This document shows, piece by piece, positions 10,848 to 22,645 of a stretch of DNA of 64,000 bases. The DNA is from Hyaloraphidium curvatum SAG 235-1. Its lineage: Eukaryota; Fungi; Monoblepharomycota. Where the stretch lies: contig JAIVFI010000038.1 in the NCBI GenBank assembly GCA_025558095.1, positions 434,001 through 498,000 on the forward strand. Reading direction: 5' to 3'. Position 1 is the stretch's first letter, and every line of letters starts with the position of its first letter. The notes under the pieces were generated by a model. The model searched no databases and was not told the origin of the DNA. It was given only the letters and a program-made list of their open reading frames with translations. The position numbers were made by a program, and so were the translations under genes.

Positions 10848-12233
10848 ATGGCCTTCGGTTTCGACACGACCGCCGAGGAGGCCGCCGCCGCCTTCGCCTC
10901 GGGCATTGCCGGGAAGAACGTCCTCATCACCGGCGCGTCTCCCGGCTCGCTCGGCGCCGAGTGCGCGCGGGTGCTCGCCAAGCACGGCGCGGCGCTGATC
11001 GTCCTCGCCGGCCGCAACCCGGAAAAGTGATATCGCGCGTCCGCACGCCCGGGGCCGCGCATCTGACGCGCGATTCCAAGCCTGAAGGCCACGCAGGCCG
11101 CCATCCTTGCCGAGACACCCAAAGCCAACATCCGACTGCTGCAGCTCGACCTCGTCGACCTCGATTCCGTGCGCAAGGCCGCGGATGAGGTGCTCGGTAC
11201 GCGGAATGGAGGGACGCGGAGAGCCGGGGTTGATTTGTCCCTCTCGCTCTTCTCTCTCTCTCCCCTCTCGGAATCTTTGTCGCTCTCTCATTGTGCCAGC
11301 ATATAAGGAACCTATCCACGTGCTCTACAACAACGCGGCAACGATGGCCACGCCGTACAGGCCCGCGCCGAAGGGGCTGGAGTCGCAGTTCTGGGGCAAC
11401 CACGTCGGACACTTCCTCTTCACCAAGCGGGTCCTGCCCAAGGTGCTCGAGTCGGCGTCCGGGGACCACAAGCCGCGAGTGATCAACGTGTCGAGCCGGG
11501 CGAACCTGCGGAGCGGGGTGCGGTTCGACGACATGGGGTTCAAGGGCGGGGAGACGTGCGTGGATTGCGGGCGAGCTGCTGTCTCTGCCTAACAGCGCTC
11601 CAACCTGTTTGGCTCCCCCACAGGTATGATCCATGGTGAGAACACCCATTTGCCGCCGCCTTTCGACAGCTGACCTCTTCCTTGTCCCTCAGGATCGCTT
11701 ACGGCCAGGTACACCCGCAATTTCTGGACATACCGCGGGTTGCGACCTGACCCCGCTTCGCGCAGAGCAAAACCGCCAACGTTCTCTTCTCCCGCGAGCT
11801 CGCAAAGCGCTACGGCGACAAGCTGATCACCTTCTCGCTGCACCCCGGAGGCAAGAGCGCACGTCCCTCGAATCGATCCCGCTAATCCCATCCCCGAACG
11901 CGCAGGGATCAGGACCAACCTCTCGCGCGACCTGACCGAAGAAGCGCGGCAGACACTCGCCAAGACGCTCCCGGCCGGGTTCAAGTACAAGACCATCGAG
12001 AGCGGCACCTCCACGTGGGCCTCCGCCTCCATCCCCGCCGGGGGAACCCACGCTCACATGCCTCCTGCAGCCACATCTGCGCCGGGTTCGACCCCTCGAT
12101 CGTCGGCAGCAGCGGATCGTACATGCAGGACTGCGCCGTGGACGACGCGGGGTGCGCGGACTGGGCGAGGGACATGGACGCGGCCAAGAAGCTGTGGGAC
12201 CTGAGCGAGGAGCTGATTGAGGAGAAGTGGTGA
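10848..12233 (+). CDS. short-chain dehydrogenase/reductase (retinol dehydrogenase/WWOX-like), multi-exon
   Basis: GKNVLITGASPGSLG, LYNNAA, NHVGHFLFT, RVINVSS, YGQ|SKTAN, SLHPG, AKKLWDLSEEL. Confidence 0.9.
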
Positions 12234-12323
12234 TGCCCTGCCCGTGCGCAACGGATTCTGGATCGACCGGCCGATAGAGGTCCATTGTAGACGATGGAAC
12301 ACGCCCTCCGTACGGGAGGTCGG

Positions 12324-12791
12324 CTAAGGAGCGAAGCTCGACCGGCCCTGGATCCCCCACCGCTTCTCGTCCTCGACCCACGCGACGATGTACACCGAGA
12401 CGAACCTCCCCGTCTCCTTTCCCTCTTTGTTTAGCCTCCGGAAGCAGCAGTCCCAGTGCACCTTGTCCTTGCCCACCTGGACCGCCTTCCGGTAGACCCA
12501 CTCCGAGTGGCCCCACTCCGGGAACCCCTTGGCCGCCAAAGCGGCCTCGTTCCCCGCGGCCTGCTGCCCGCGCACGTCGACCTCCTCGACGGTGGTGAAC
12601 ACCTTGATGGCGCCGCTGGCGATGCGAACCGTGGGCCAGGTGAAAGCTCTTTTGAGCCCGTCGCGGTCGCCCTTGTTGAACGAATCCATGAAAAGATCAA
12701 GGATCGCGTGGGACTCGCGGATGGCGCGCTGCTGCGCTTCGTCGAGGGCGGAGAGGTCGGTGCCCGACGCGTCGCCGGGGAGCGCGGCCAT
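12324..12791 (-). CDS. NTF2/SnoaL-like small protein, intronless
   Basis: FMDSFNKGD..FTWP..WGHSEW..KVH..YIV..WGIQGRSSFAP has an NTF2-like fold pattern. Confidence 0.65.
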   Translation of the reverse strand: MAALPGDASGTDLSALDEAQQRAIRESHAILDLFMDSFNKGDRDGLKRAFTWPTVRIASGAIKVFTTVEEVDVRGQQAAGNEAALAAKGFPEWGHSEWVYRKAVQVGKDKVHWDCCFRRLNKEGKETGRFVSVYIVAWVEDEKRWGIQGRSSFAP

Positions 12792-12995
12792 CGCGTCGCG
12801 TTCTCGGGCGCAGCGGGTCTTTCGCGTCGAGGTGCTCTTAGAGCGTGTTCCTAAGTGGTTTTCGCGGGAATCGCAAGGTCGGAAGGGCGGCGTCGCGGGT
12901 CTGCTCTTGCGGAGCGGAGCGAGCGGGCGGGCACGCGCAACGCCCTAATCTCCATCGCACTGTCTCCCGCGTAGGAACCGTGCGGCGCAGCAGCG

Positions 12996-14250
12996 ATGGC
13001 GCGTCCCGTGCCCTTTACCTTCCCGCCCGAGACCGCGGAACCCCTCGACTGGGCCCCCCTGGCCGCCATCTCGCTGTCCCCCACCGCGCTCGCCGACCCC
13101 GCCCGCAGGCGCGCCGAGGCCGCCAAGCTGCTGGACGCCGCCTCGACGCTGGGGTTCTTCTACGTCGTCGATGCCGGGTTCGGGGAGAAAGAGGTGATGG
13201 AGCAGTTCGGGATCGGGAGGGAGTACTGCGACCTCGAGTTCGACGAGAAGATGCGGTGCCCCATCGACGGACCCAACGCCAACTACTACGGTACGGCGCA
13301 GTGCTGGGTGCAATGAGCTGCTCCTGATTGGCGTGGTCGGCAGGTTTCAGCCCCCCGGGCATCCAGTACACGACCGCAGCCTCGGGAACCGCCGAGCCCC
13401 CCCGCTACGAGATGTTCAACCTCCCCAAGTTCACCCCCGAATTCGAGACCTTCCACTCCTCCGGCCCCGAGATCTTCCGGCGGTACCGCCGCCTGATCGA
13501 GCCCTTTGCGCTCAAGACCTGGAGTACGGGGATCGAGATCATGCGGCTGCTCGCGCTGGCGCTGGAGATACCGGAGGAGCGCGGCGGGGAGGACTTTTTC
13601 GCGCGGGAGCACGCGTACGGGAACCGCACGGGGTTCGCGGGCGACTCGTACCGCTACATGATGTACCACCGCACGAGCTCCGAGCAGGACGAAGCCAACA
13701 ACTTCACCCGCATCGGCGGCCACACCGACGCCGGCTCGCTCACCCTGCTTTTCTCGCACCCCATGTGCGGCCTGCAGATCCGGCTGCCCGGCGGTGCGGA
13801 GGAGTGGCGATGGGTGAAGCACGTGCCGGGGGCGATCATCGTGAACATCGCGGACGTGCTGCAGTTCTGGACCGGGGGGCTGCTCAAGAGCACGGTGCAC
13901 AGGGTGGTCACGCCGCCGAAGGACCAGCGGATGGTGGGCCGGCGGCGCGGCGCACGGGAGCCGACATGCTGACCACTTCGCCGCGCCTCCAGTACGAACG
14001 CCTCGGCCTGCTCTACTTCTTCCGCCCCCGGATCGACCTCGACCTCTCCCGCATCTGCTGCTGGCGCGAGTCCCCCCCCGTCCGCGCGCACCTCCTCTCC
14101 CTCGGCCGCACGCAGGCGCAGCTCGAGGCCGAGGAGCGTGCGGCGGAAAGGGTCGAGGTGGGTGAGTGGATCAACGCGCGGGTGAGGAAGATATTCACCC
14201 CGGTCAACAACTACGTGGGTTTCCGCGCGCATTCGTTGGTTGAGCGGTAG
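12996..14250 (+). CDS. Fe(II)/2OG dioxygenase (IPNS/DIOX-like), 2 introns
   Basis: LGFFYVV, RYMMYH, GGHTDAGSLTLLF, GLQI, VNIADVLQFWTGGLLKSTVHRVV. Confidence 0.9.
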
Positions 14251-14575
14251 CTGATGCATTTGCAGACGGGGGCGACGCAGGAGATTACCAAGGGCATCAA
14301 GCTCGTCGAGGGTGGGGGCATACACCTGCCGATCGTGGGCGCGGCGCCGGGGGGCAAGGCGAAGATATGAGTGGCGGGTTTCGGTGGTTGGCGAGGAGTT
14401 TGGCGTCTTAGCGCTCGTGCACAAGCTGCGCCGGGTTCTTTGGCATCCGGCAGATGTGAACTGTGTCTTTGAATGATTAGCGCGACCTCCGAGTTCGTGG
14501 TGCGATGAAAGTGCGTCGGGTACCGGCGGTGGCTCTTTGCGAGAACTTCCGCCGAACACGACAACGGCAACACCG

Positions 14576-16108
14576 ATGGACGACCCCGGCGGGACCTTAT
14601 TGTGCGGGCTCACGGCATCGGACCTCGCGCTGCTGCAGCCTTCCGCCCTCCCGGCGCCGGCCCCGCCGTGGAAACCGCGCGCGCCTTCCTTCCCGACCGC
14701 CGCGCGCCGCGACCCCCTCGACCGCAAGCGCGTGCTCGCGGCGCTCCGCGATCGCCCGCTCATCCGCGCCGTCGTGCGGCTGCGGCTCGCCGTCGACCCG
14801 CTCTTCGCCGCGTGGTGGAGCCGCGCCGTGGTGCTGCCTGCGTGTTCCGTGCCCTTGCTGGCCGTGCCCTGGGTGTTTGGCGGGCAGGCCTACGGCACGC
14901 GTGAACTGGTGACTGCGACGGCGGCGCTCTGCTTGAACCTGGTCGCGGGGGTGGTCATGACGGTGCGCATCGACATCACGCGGAGGCTCAGAATCGCAGG
15001 GAGCTCGGGGGACAAGGTTTCCGCCATGGGTGACCTGGCCCTCATCACGCGGTACATGGAACGTGCAGCTTCGGCGGGGGATGCTGTCGGGCAAGGGAAG
15101 TTTGCAGCGGCTGAATTGGGGCAGGAGAGTTCCCCATCGGAGGGCCCAGACGTCCTCGCCAGGATCGGCGCCAGCCCGCTTCTGGCGCACGACGACAGCG
15201 ACCCGGCCTGCTCGTGTTCGAGAAACAGCTGTGCCGGAGAACTCCCCACCCGCGCACTGTGGTCGTCCACGCTGCGCACAAGCGTCGCCCTCGTCGTCAG
15301 GTTCGCCGCCTACGGGCTGCTCCTCCGCTACTACACCCCGCTGGTCGCCCTAGGCGCGGAAAATTGGACGCACGCATGGAGTGCCGTGTTCGCAGCCCTG
15401 CGCATCCTGCTCGACGTTGTCATGTGGATCCCGATCCACAGCCTCGCCTTTGGTCCGTACCCGCCGCGCGCCGCCGCCCTCGAAGCCCGCCTGCAGCGGC
15501 GCGCCGTGCGGCTCTCCGTCATCGAGCTCGTAGAAAGCCTCGACGGCCCTCAGTCATCCCCGGACGGCGATGGCGGGGACGCCCCCGACCCGGCCTACCT
15601 CTCCATGCACCGCCTCCTCGCTCCCAACTGGCAGCGCCGCTTCCACAGCGTCCGCCTTCAGCAGAGCAACCGGAGCCTCCTCCTCGCCCTGGAACTCCTT
15701 TATGGCCTCATCTACGCCGCAGGCTCCTCCTGCCTCCCGGCCTGGGTCCTCCTCGGCATCCTCATCGACATCGTCCAGATCGTGGATGACCTGGTCGCCG
15801 TCGCGCGGTACAACGACGGCGTCGGCGCGCTGCTGGACCTGTACCGCCTCGCGCTGGCCGAGGTGCGCCGGCTGCGCGTGCACCGCCCGCGGGAGGATGT
15901 TCTGGCGGCGCACGACGCCGCGCTGTCGGGGCTGATCGGGCAGGACGGGAACCGGGCGACGTTCCTGGGCGTGAGGGTGGACTACGCCGCCGTGAGGGTG
16001 TTCGTGGTCACCCTGCTGACGGTGTTTGGCGTGGCGTGGGGGGTGCTGAAGGGTGTGGGGCTTGCGGTCACACTGGAGAGCGTGTGCCCCGGGGGCGGGG
16101 CCGGCTAG
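14576..16108 (+). CDS. 7-TM membrane protein, gustatory-receptor-like (7TMIC-like) family, intronless
   Basis: Seven hydrophobic segments; LLAHDDSDPACSCSRNSC; GSSCLPAW; ATFLGVRVDYAAVRVFVVTLLTV..LESVCP. Confidence 0.8.
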   Translation: MDDPGGTLLCGLTASDLALLQPSALPAPAPPWKPRAPSFPTAARRDPLDRKRVLAALRDRPLIRAVVRLRLAVDPLFAAWWSRAVVLPACSVPLLAVPWVFGGQAYGTRELVTATAALCLNLVAGVVMTVRIDITRRLRIAGSSGDKVSAMGDLALITRYMERAASAGDAVGQGKFAAAELGQESSPSEGPDVLARIGASPLLAHDDSDPACSCSRNSCAGELPTRALWSSTLRTSVALVVRFAAYGLLLRYYTPLVALGAENWTHAWSAVFAALRILLDVVMWIPIHSLAFGPYPPRAAALEARLQRRAVRLSVIELVESLDGPQSSPDGDGGDAPDPAYLSMHRLLAPNWQRRFHSVRLQQSNRSLLLALELLYGLIYAAGSSCLPAWVLLGILIDIVQIVDDLVAVARYNDGVGALLDLYRLALAEVRRLRVHRPREDVLAAHDAALSGLIGQDGNRATFLGVRVDYAAVRVFVVTLLTVFGVAWGVLKGVGLAVTLESVCPGGGAG

Positions 16109-16165
16109 CAATACTGCAGGGGCGTGCGTCTTTGGTTCGATCGTCTAGCTACATGCTGCGGAACG

Positions 16166-18323
16166 TCACTTTCTCGCCGCCGGCTTCCCCGTCCACGCAC
16201 CCGCCCACTCGGTGACGAGCTTCTCCGGCAGCGCATCCCCCGGCTCCCCCCGATCCACCGCAACATCTTTCCCCCCTCCTTCCGGCAGAACATCCGCTGC
16301 ATCCGGCGGCATCCGCTTCCGCCACCCCCAGAACGCCAGCCCGACTGCCGACCCCGCGGCCGCAACGCAACCGACCGCGATCCCCGCCACGGCGGCCGGC
16401 GAAAGCCCCACCGCGGGCGCGGGAGCCGGCGGCGGCGGGGTCGTTGGCAGCCCGCCGTCCACCACGACCGCTCCACCCCTTGCCCTCGCCGTGCCCGCCC
16501 ACCGGATCGCCACCGACCCCTCGGGCCGCGGGTCCGCCTGGTCCGCGAACCGCACGAGCACGTCGGCGACGAGCTCGACAGAGTACGTGCCGCTGTCCGC
16601 GGGATCGCCGTCCCCCGGGGCATAGTAGAGCGACCCGTCGGCGTGCCTCCCGAACCGCATGTCGACCGCGAAGCTCCAGGAGGCTCGGTCGGTGCCGCCC
16701 GGGTACGAGGGCTGCGTCGCGCCGTCGACGGTCAGCCCCACCCGCTCCGACGACTGATAGGTGAGGAGCAGGACGCCGTCCGCGGAGCCGGAGCCGGCGG
16801 GGACGGCGGCCAGCTTCTCGAGCGAGGCGGAGGCGATCCGCCGCGAGGGGGAGGAGACGGCCAGGACGAAAGGGACGCGGGCCGAGGGCGGCACGGCGCG
16901 CGGGGTGCCGGGGGCGAGGGAGAGGTCGGCGAGCAGCGGCCATGCGCGCGGATCGGGCGGGGCGAGGCAGTCCCCCGGGGGGAGCGCGTAAAAGGCGGCG
17001 ATGAAGTCGGTCCCGTCGGGGCAGGGGTCGGCGCCGACGCATCCGACGGCGTGGGAGAAGGCGTACCCGCCCCGGAGCCCGCACAGCTGCGTCGCGTCCA
17101 TGGCCGTGCTGAAACGGTCGAGCTTGGTGCACGAGGTCCAGTTGCCGCGGATCGACGGCCTGGCCCCGCAGGCATCCGTGTCCCAAAACGACAGGAATGC
17201 CTGTTCGAAGGCCCTGTCGGGTTTCGCGTCGCCCAGAGTGAACGGGCGCCGCTCGGTGGTCCAGCAGCGCTGCTGCAGCACCCAAACCGCGGACCCGTTG
17301 GCCGGGCCGGACCTCGGGTGAAGCGTCCACTCGTCCGTCCGCGCGGAAAACGTCGACGCTGTGCTCGGGCGCACCATGCGCAGCGTGACGTTGCGCACCG
17401 CGGTGCCGCCGACCGCGGGGGCGCCGCCCCCCGGCTCGTCGGTCCACTCGATCGCCGCCGGCGCGGTGAACTCCGCCACCTGGTGTGTACCAACATCCTC
17501 CACGCTCGAAAACACCCACCCGCACCGCTCGAGGCGGGACCACGGCCCCACCACGGCAACCGTGAAGTCCCCGCATCCCCTCCCCGCCAGCTCCGTGGAG
17601 TTCCCCCATGCCGGCCCGGCGGTGCACGCCGCCGCGTCCGCATCGCGGTGCAGCCCCGCGCGCAGCCGCACGGTCCGGGAACCCCCGAGGGGACCGAACT
17701 GCGGCGACGTCGCGGCGATCCAGAAGGTGCCGGTGGCGGGGTCGGTCCCCGAGGACGCGTACGGTGCCGGTGCCGCGGGGGGGCCGCCGTCGGGGTAGGG
17801 CGGGCACAGGGCGGGGCCGGGGGGGTCCGGGACGACGGTGATGCAGGCGCGGGTGAGGTAGCCCCACCGTCCGGCCGGTGAGGGGTAGCGCGGGAAGGCA
17901 GCACACGAGCTGCTCGGCGCCGTTGGCGTAGCCTGCCGAGACGGGCGAGGATGTTTCCGTCGGGAGCGTGTGCGCGATCCAGCGGAAGCCGGCGGCCGGG
18001 TCGGGCGCGAGGAACTCGGCCGCGGCGGCGGGCAGCTCGGTGCCGCGGAGGGCGCCGGAGCCGACGGTGCAGCGCCAGGCGCCCGCCGCGGCCGCACCGA
18101 ACAGCGGCCCGACGGCGTCGCGGCACGGCCACGTCAGCGCGCGGCCGGGCGCGAACGGCTCGACGAACGCCGCGGGCGCCGCGGGCTGCACGGCCGATGC
18201 CGCCGGGGGCGCCGCCGCCCACCGCACGATGTCGCTGTTGAACTCGGTGCACACAAACGCGGACGCCGCGGCGCTGACCTGCAGCACCAGCAATGGCAGG
18301 GCCGCCGCCCGGGCGCGCCGCAT
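16166..18323 (-). CDS. Cys-rich type I membrane protein with one apparent frameshift (~17900)
   Basis: Signal peptide in ORF 16149-18323 continues in ORF 16166-18097 (EQLV/CAAFPRYP); C-terminal TM AVAGIAVGCVAAAGSAVGLAFWGWRKR. Confidence 0.65.
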
Positions 18324-18533
18324 CGCTCGGAACGGGGGCAGTTCGTGCGTGTGGCTGGTGCGGGCTTGGCGGCGAGGGAACGTGCGGAAACACCCTCCCC
18401 GTCCGCGATCCGATCCGAAAATGATGTTTTCACCAACGCGATGTCCCAGACTCTGGAAATCTGTCCGCGGCTGGCTCCGCAGACGGCCCGGTAAGGAGGC
18501 TGTTCCTGTTGAGTATCCGTGACCAAACTTTGC

Positions 18534-18706
18534 ACCGAGGTCGTCTCCGTCCGCGCGGCGCTCGCCGTGAGGGCGGACGCGATCAAAGGGGCACGACGCG
18601 GAGGGAGGAGGGCATGTTCACCAAGGGGGCGCGGTGGAAGAGGATGTACTGGGTCATCGGCGGCGGGAAGAAGGCGGTGGAGGCGTTCAGCGAGATGTGA
18701 GCAGCG
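18534..18706 (+). repeat. inverted, diverged copy of the 3' end of the gene at 24958-26269
   Basis: VRAALAVRADAIKG..GMFTKGARWKRMYWVIGGGKKAVEAFSEM* matches the reverse complement of ~24952-25129, including TGAGCAGCG past the stop. Confidence 0.85.
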
Positions 18707-18930
18707 GGCATACTGGCGTCGGAAGGATTAGGCCGGAGGGACTGGATATAGATCGAATCACAATTCCACATCCATGGACGGCGCAGGTGTTGGCATTCCC
18801 GTGGCGGCTTGGTCCCGAAGACGAGCAGAGTCCCACGACCGCGGTTGGGGAAGTTTCATCGCCACCGTCGACGGCGACCTTAAAGGGAACGAATAAACTC
18901 GAATCCAGGTGTACAATACTCGCAAAGCGC

Positions 18931-20264
18931 TCAAAGATTCGCGTAGACAGCCTTCTCGTACTCGTGGAGCAGCGGGATCACCTTGACGTCGCAGAACGGG
19001 AAAACTTGGCAGGCGATGACGGCTGAGGGGGCATCAGTCATGAGCACCGAAACAAAGTGCGCGCCTGGGCAGAGCTCACCGGCGACGCCGTTCTTGGGAT
19101 CCGCCCAGAAGAACGAGTTTGCGAGGCCCGCCCACGTGAGCGTGCCGGCCGGCCGCATGCCCTCGGTGTCCTTGGTGCTCACGGCGCACGCCATGGAGTG
19201 CCCGATCGCCTCGCCCGGGATGAATTCGGCGACGTTCGAGTACGGGTAGCATGCCTGGAGGGCCTTGACGTGGATGCCCTCGCCGAGGTGGTTCTTCCCG
19301 ACGTACTCGTCGACCGTCGCCTTTTTCAGGAGCTGTGGCGAGTCCGAGATGAGGTCCGTGAGGAACTTGAGGTAGTCGGCGGGCGTCGAGCGCAAACCGT
19401 GGCCGCCGGGTTGGTAGTCCTGGCCCTCTGGCGGCCCAAAGGCAAACGGACCGAGCGCGCCGCCGTCCGCCGGGCGCAGCGAAAAGGCAACAGCGCGCGG
19501 GTCGCCCTTGATGTCAAAGTAGGTGTTGGTCATTCCGAGCTTGTCTGTGAGCAGCCGCAATGTGAGCCGGATGTCGTCGCGAAACCACATCGAGGGCCAA
19601 CCAAAGATGGACTCCTTGAGCGCCACGTCGAGCGTCTTGCCCGTGATCTTCTCGACAATCAGACCGAGAAAGTCTATGCCGATGGCGTATTCCCAGTCTG
19701 TCCCCGGCTCGAACATGAGCGGCGACTTGAACATTGTCTCCTTGAGGTACGCGAAAATGGTCGGCACGCCCAAAGCCTTGTAAGCTTTTCCGTAGTCTGC
19801 GTTGAAGAAGTCGTATGCGAATCCGGCGGAGTGCGCCCCGAGCTGGAGCGGGGTCGGCTGCGACTTGGCCTTGGCCAGCTTGGGCGAGTCGCCGTCCCAT
19901 CCCTCGATGATCCGGAGGTCTGCCATTTCGGGGAAGATGTCCGAGAGCTTGGCGTGCGGGTCCAGCTTGCCCTGCTCGACGAGCTGGATGGCCGCGACGG
20001 ACGTGATCATCCTGGGGAGCGGCGGCGGCCAGGATTCGGCCGGAGACCTCTGCAGAGCCGAGGCACGACCCACTTTGTCATGCTGGCAATCCAGAATGTG
20101 GGATTTTCGGGCGCCGGACCCGCGATGCCATCGTAGACAAGTTTGCCGTTGACGGCCACGGCCGCCGCAATGGTCGGGGCCGCGCCGTCCGCGACGCCCT
20201 TGGCGAGCAGCGCATCGAGCGCAGCCGCGAGTTTCGGGTGCGATGCGGTTGATTTGGCGGACAT
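18931..20264 (-). CDS. beta-lactamase-family serine hydrolase/esterase, multi-exon
   Basis: FWIASMTK (SxxK), FEPGTDWEY, GGHGLRST, TWAGLANSFFWAD; ends ANL. Confidence 0.9.
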
Positions 20265-20568
20265 CGTCGCCCTTCAGGAGAGTTTCGAAATGCGCAATCG
20301 GGCTGAGGCACCGAACCCGATGATTGCGATGCGAAGCACGTCCCCCGTTTACAGGGGCGGCCTTTCTGAATCGCCTGCGGCCGCTCCCGCCACCTTCGTC
20401 AGCTCCCGTGTCTGCCCCTCTATCCCACGCTGGAGGCTGATTCTGGGCTGTGGACCTTTGCCTCACTTCCGGCAAATACTACGCGGTGTCGTGATCGCGG
20501 AACTGTCTCCCGCGTTCACACCGTCCCGTCTGCGAGCCGTCTTGCCGCCGCCCGCCTCATCTGAAGCG

Positions 20569-21224
20569 ATGGCCGCCTCCCGCGCCGACCAGATCGCGTC
20601 GCACCTCGGCGCATCGCCCCTCAAATCGCGCCTCCTGTTCCGCATGTCCCTCAAAACCGGCGCGGTGCCGACCACCGCCGTCGGGAAGAACCCCAACGGC
20701 ACGCGGTTCATCGCCACCGTCGACGGCGGGACCGTCGAAGGCCTGGTGAACGGCAAGGTCGTCGGGCCGGCGGCGGACTGGGTGCTCGTGCGCGGAGACG
20801 GGAGCAACGGCATCGACGTGCGCCTGACGTGGGGCCCTGTGCGGCGCGATGGGACCGCGATTGACGGAGGCATGCCGGCAGGATCGTGACGGAGGACAAC
20901 GAGGCGATCTACATGACGTACACGGGGGTGCTGGTCGGGAAGAAGGCGCACGCGGAACTGGTCGCCAAGGGCGCGCTGGAGGACGCGGAGCCGGTGCGGA
21001 CGGCGGTCAGGTTCGAGACGGCTTCGGAAAAGTACGCAGATGCGGGAGGTGGTGATTGTGGGGCTGATTCGGTGCGGCAGGCACGCGTTTCTGAACACCA
21101 CTGTGGCCGTGGGCCGCGGCAAGACGGTGCCCGGCGGGGTCATCTACGAGGTGGGCAAGACGGACGCTGTCTTGGAAACTAGCTGACATGCGCCTTCCTC
21201 CGGCAGGTCTTCGGGATTCTATGA
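20569..21224 (+). CDS. DUF3237-like beta-barrel protein, multi-exon
   Basis: GTR..VDGGTVEG..GKV..ADWVLVRGDG..IDVR..TEDNEAIYMTYTG..RFETASEKY..FLN..IYE|VFGIL*. Confidence 0.8.
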
Positions 21225-21419
21225 CACCTCCTCGCGCGCTTAGGACGACCGACGTGACGAGTGTGGATGAAGGTGGATCAAGGGGCGAAAGGGCAAACGT
21301 GACGCAGGTGAGGAGCAACAGGGAGACTGTGCAGTAGGATCCCGACCACTTACGCGGGCAACACCCGCGCTCTATCAAAGTCTCCGCCGTCCCGCCCGCC
21401 ATCCCTCCCACCCGGCCCC

Positions 21420-22244
21420 TCAAAGCCTCGCCCCCTCCCCCCCGTGCCCCACCGCGCGCCCGTAAAACAGCCTCTGCGTGAGCTCCGACAGCCGCATGTC
21501 CGGCCTGTCCCCGTACGTCAGCACGGCGTTGATCCGCGTCCTTTGCCCCTCCACTTTCGTGACGCGGTGCAGCGCGCGGTGCCCGCGGAACAGGGCGAGG
21601 GTGCCGGGCCCCGTGGAGATGCGCACGCGGCCTTCGGGGTGGCCCTCGATCGCGCGGCGCACGCCGTCGAAGTTGGGGCGGTCGTCGGTCCGCAGCGCGG
21701 GGAAGTAGTCAAAGTCCCCGCCGCTCTCGGGCTCCTGCAGCATCAGCGTCACGGAAAACTCCGAGTTGTCAAAGTGCCAGCCCAGCTCCTGGCCCGGGCG
21801 GAACGACGCGATCTCGCAGCAGTCCAGCGGGTCGGCCGACCTGTACAGCGGCGAGATGCCCAGCGCGGCGCCGACAAAGGCCGTCATGGCGTCGTTCTGG
21901 TACAGCTGCTTCAGGGGGGATCCGGCGGGGATGCGGTCCCACGCCAGCGCCCTCTTTGCCGATCGCACGGTGCGCCTTAAAGGGTGGCCTTCGTCCAGGG
22001 AGGCGTCGGGCTCCGTGAAATAGACCGTGTGGGTGCTCTCGCTGGCCCACTCCTTGTCGGTCGTCTCGGCGGCCAGCGCGAGGATTTCGGCGACGGCGTC
22101 GGGGCGCACGAAGCCGTGCAGCTGGCAGATGCCGGTGCTTTCCAGGGCGGCGCGGCACGAGGCGACGAAGGCGGCGCCGCGGGGGGAGCGCAGGTCGTCG
22201 ATGGGGAACCTTTCCAGGTCGACGATGGAGCCGAGCGGGGCCAT
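21420..22244 (-). CDS. bacterial-type Fe(II)/2OG oxygenase (BesD/HalD-related hydroxylase), intronless
   Basis: IVDLERFPI, LYRSADPL, LGWHFDNSEFSVTLMLQ, GGDF, PGTLALFRG..LHRVT..R; ends ARL. Confidence 0.8.
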   Translation of the reverse strand: MAPLGSIVDLERFPIDDLRSPRGAAFVASCRAALESTGICQLHGFVRPDAVAEILALAAETTDKEWASESTHTVYFTEPDASLDEGHPLRRTVRSAKRALAWDRIPAGSPLKQLYQNDAMTAFVGAALGISPLYRSADPLDCCEIASFRPGQELGWHFDNSEFSVTLMLQEPESGGDFDYFPALRTDDRPNFDGVRRAIEGHPEGRVRISTGPGTLALFRGHRALHRVTKVEGQRTRINAVLTYGDRPDMRLSELTQRLFYGRAVGHGGEGARL

Positions 22245-22645
22245 GCCGCGCACGCAACCGTGACCGCTGCTGAACAAAGGTGATGAAGGCAGCAGAGGGC
22301 GGGCCGGCGCTGCGGGCTCCGTGCGATATGAGCAATGTGGCGGCGGGGGCAAGTCGGCGGCGAGGCGGACGCTCCAAAACATACACGTACCGGGTCCCTC
22401 GGGTCTTCTTCGGACCAGCCGCCGTCGGATTGCCAAAGAATGATGTTGCGCTGATGGAAACTGTGTTTCTGGATCGGCGGTGATCGAGAGCCAGACCAAG
22501 CCGGGGAGGAGGATCAAGCCGGTGCGCAAGCTCAAGGCGACGGCCGCGGCGCCGCACAAGCTGTGAAGCGGACGTAGCCTGCGCTTCGGATCGGCTGCTT
22601 CCGGCAGAATCGATTTCGGAACCAGATGGCGGATGGAGCGGGCCG

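Noticed and set aside
16124-18393. Several very long overlapping Arg/Pro/Gly-rich ORFs (also 29600-31642, 37297-38850, 48542-50746)
   Set aside because: These are shadow frames expected at high GC; they have no domains and overlap better-supported genes
18931-20264. Antibiotic-resistance beta-lactamase
   Set aside because: The motifs fit the esterase/LovD-like branch, and the gene is an intron-containing eukaryotic one
21420-22244. Halogenase call
   Set aside because: It retains the HxD carboxylate ligand
4035-22244. Secondary-metabolite gene cluster (oxygenases, SDR, esterase, SnoaL)
   Set aside because: There is no backbone PKS, NRPS or terpene synthase, and the genes are interspersed with unrelated ones
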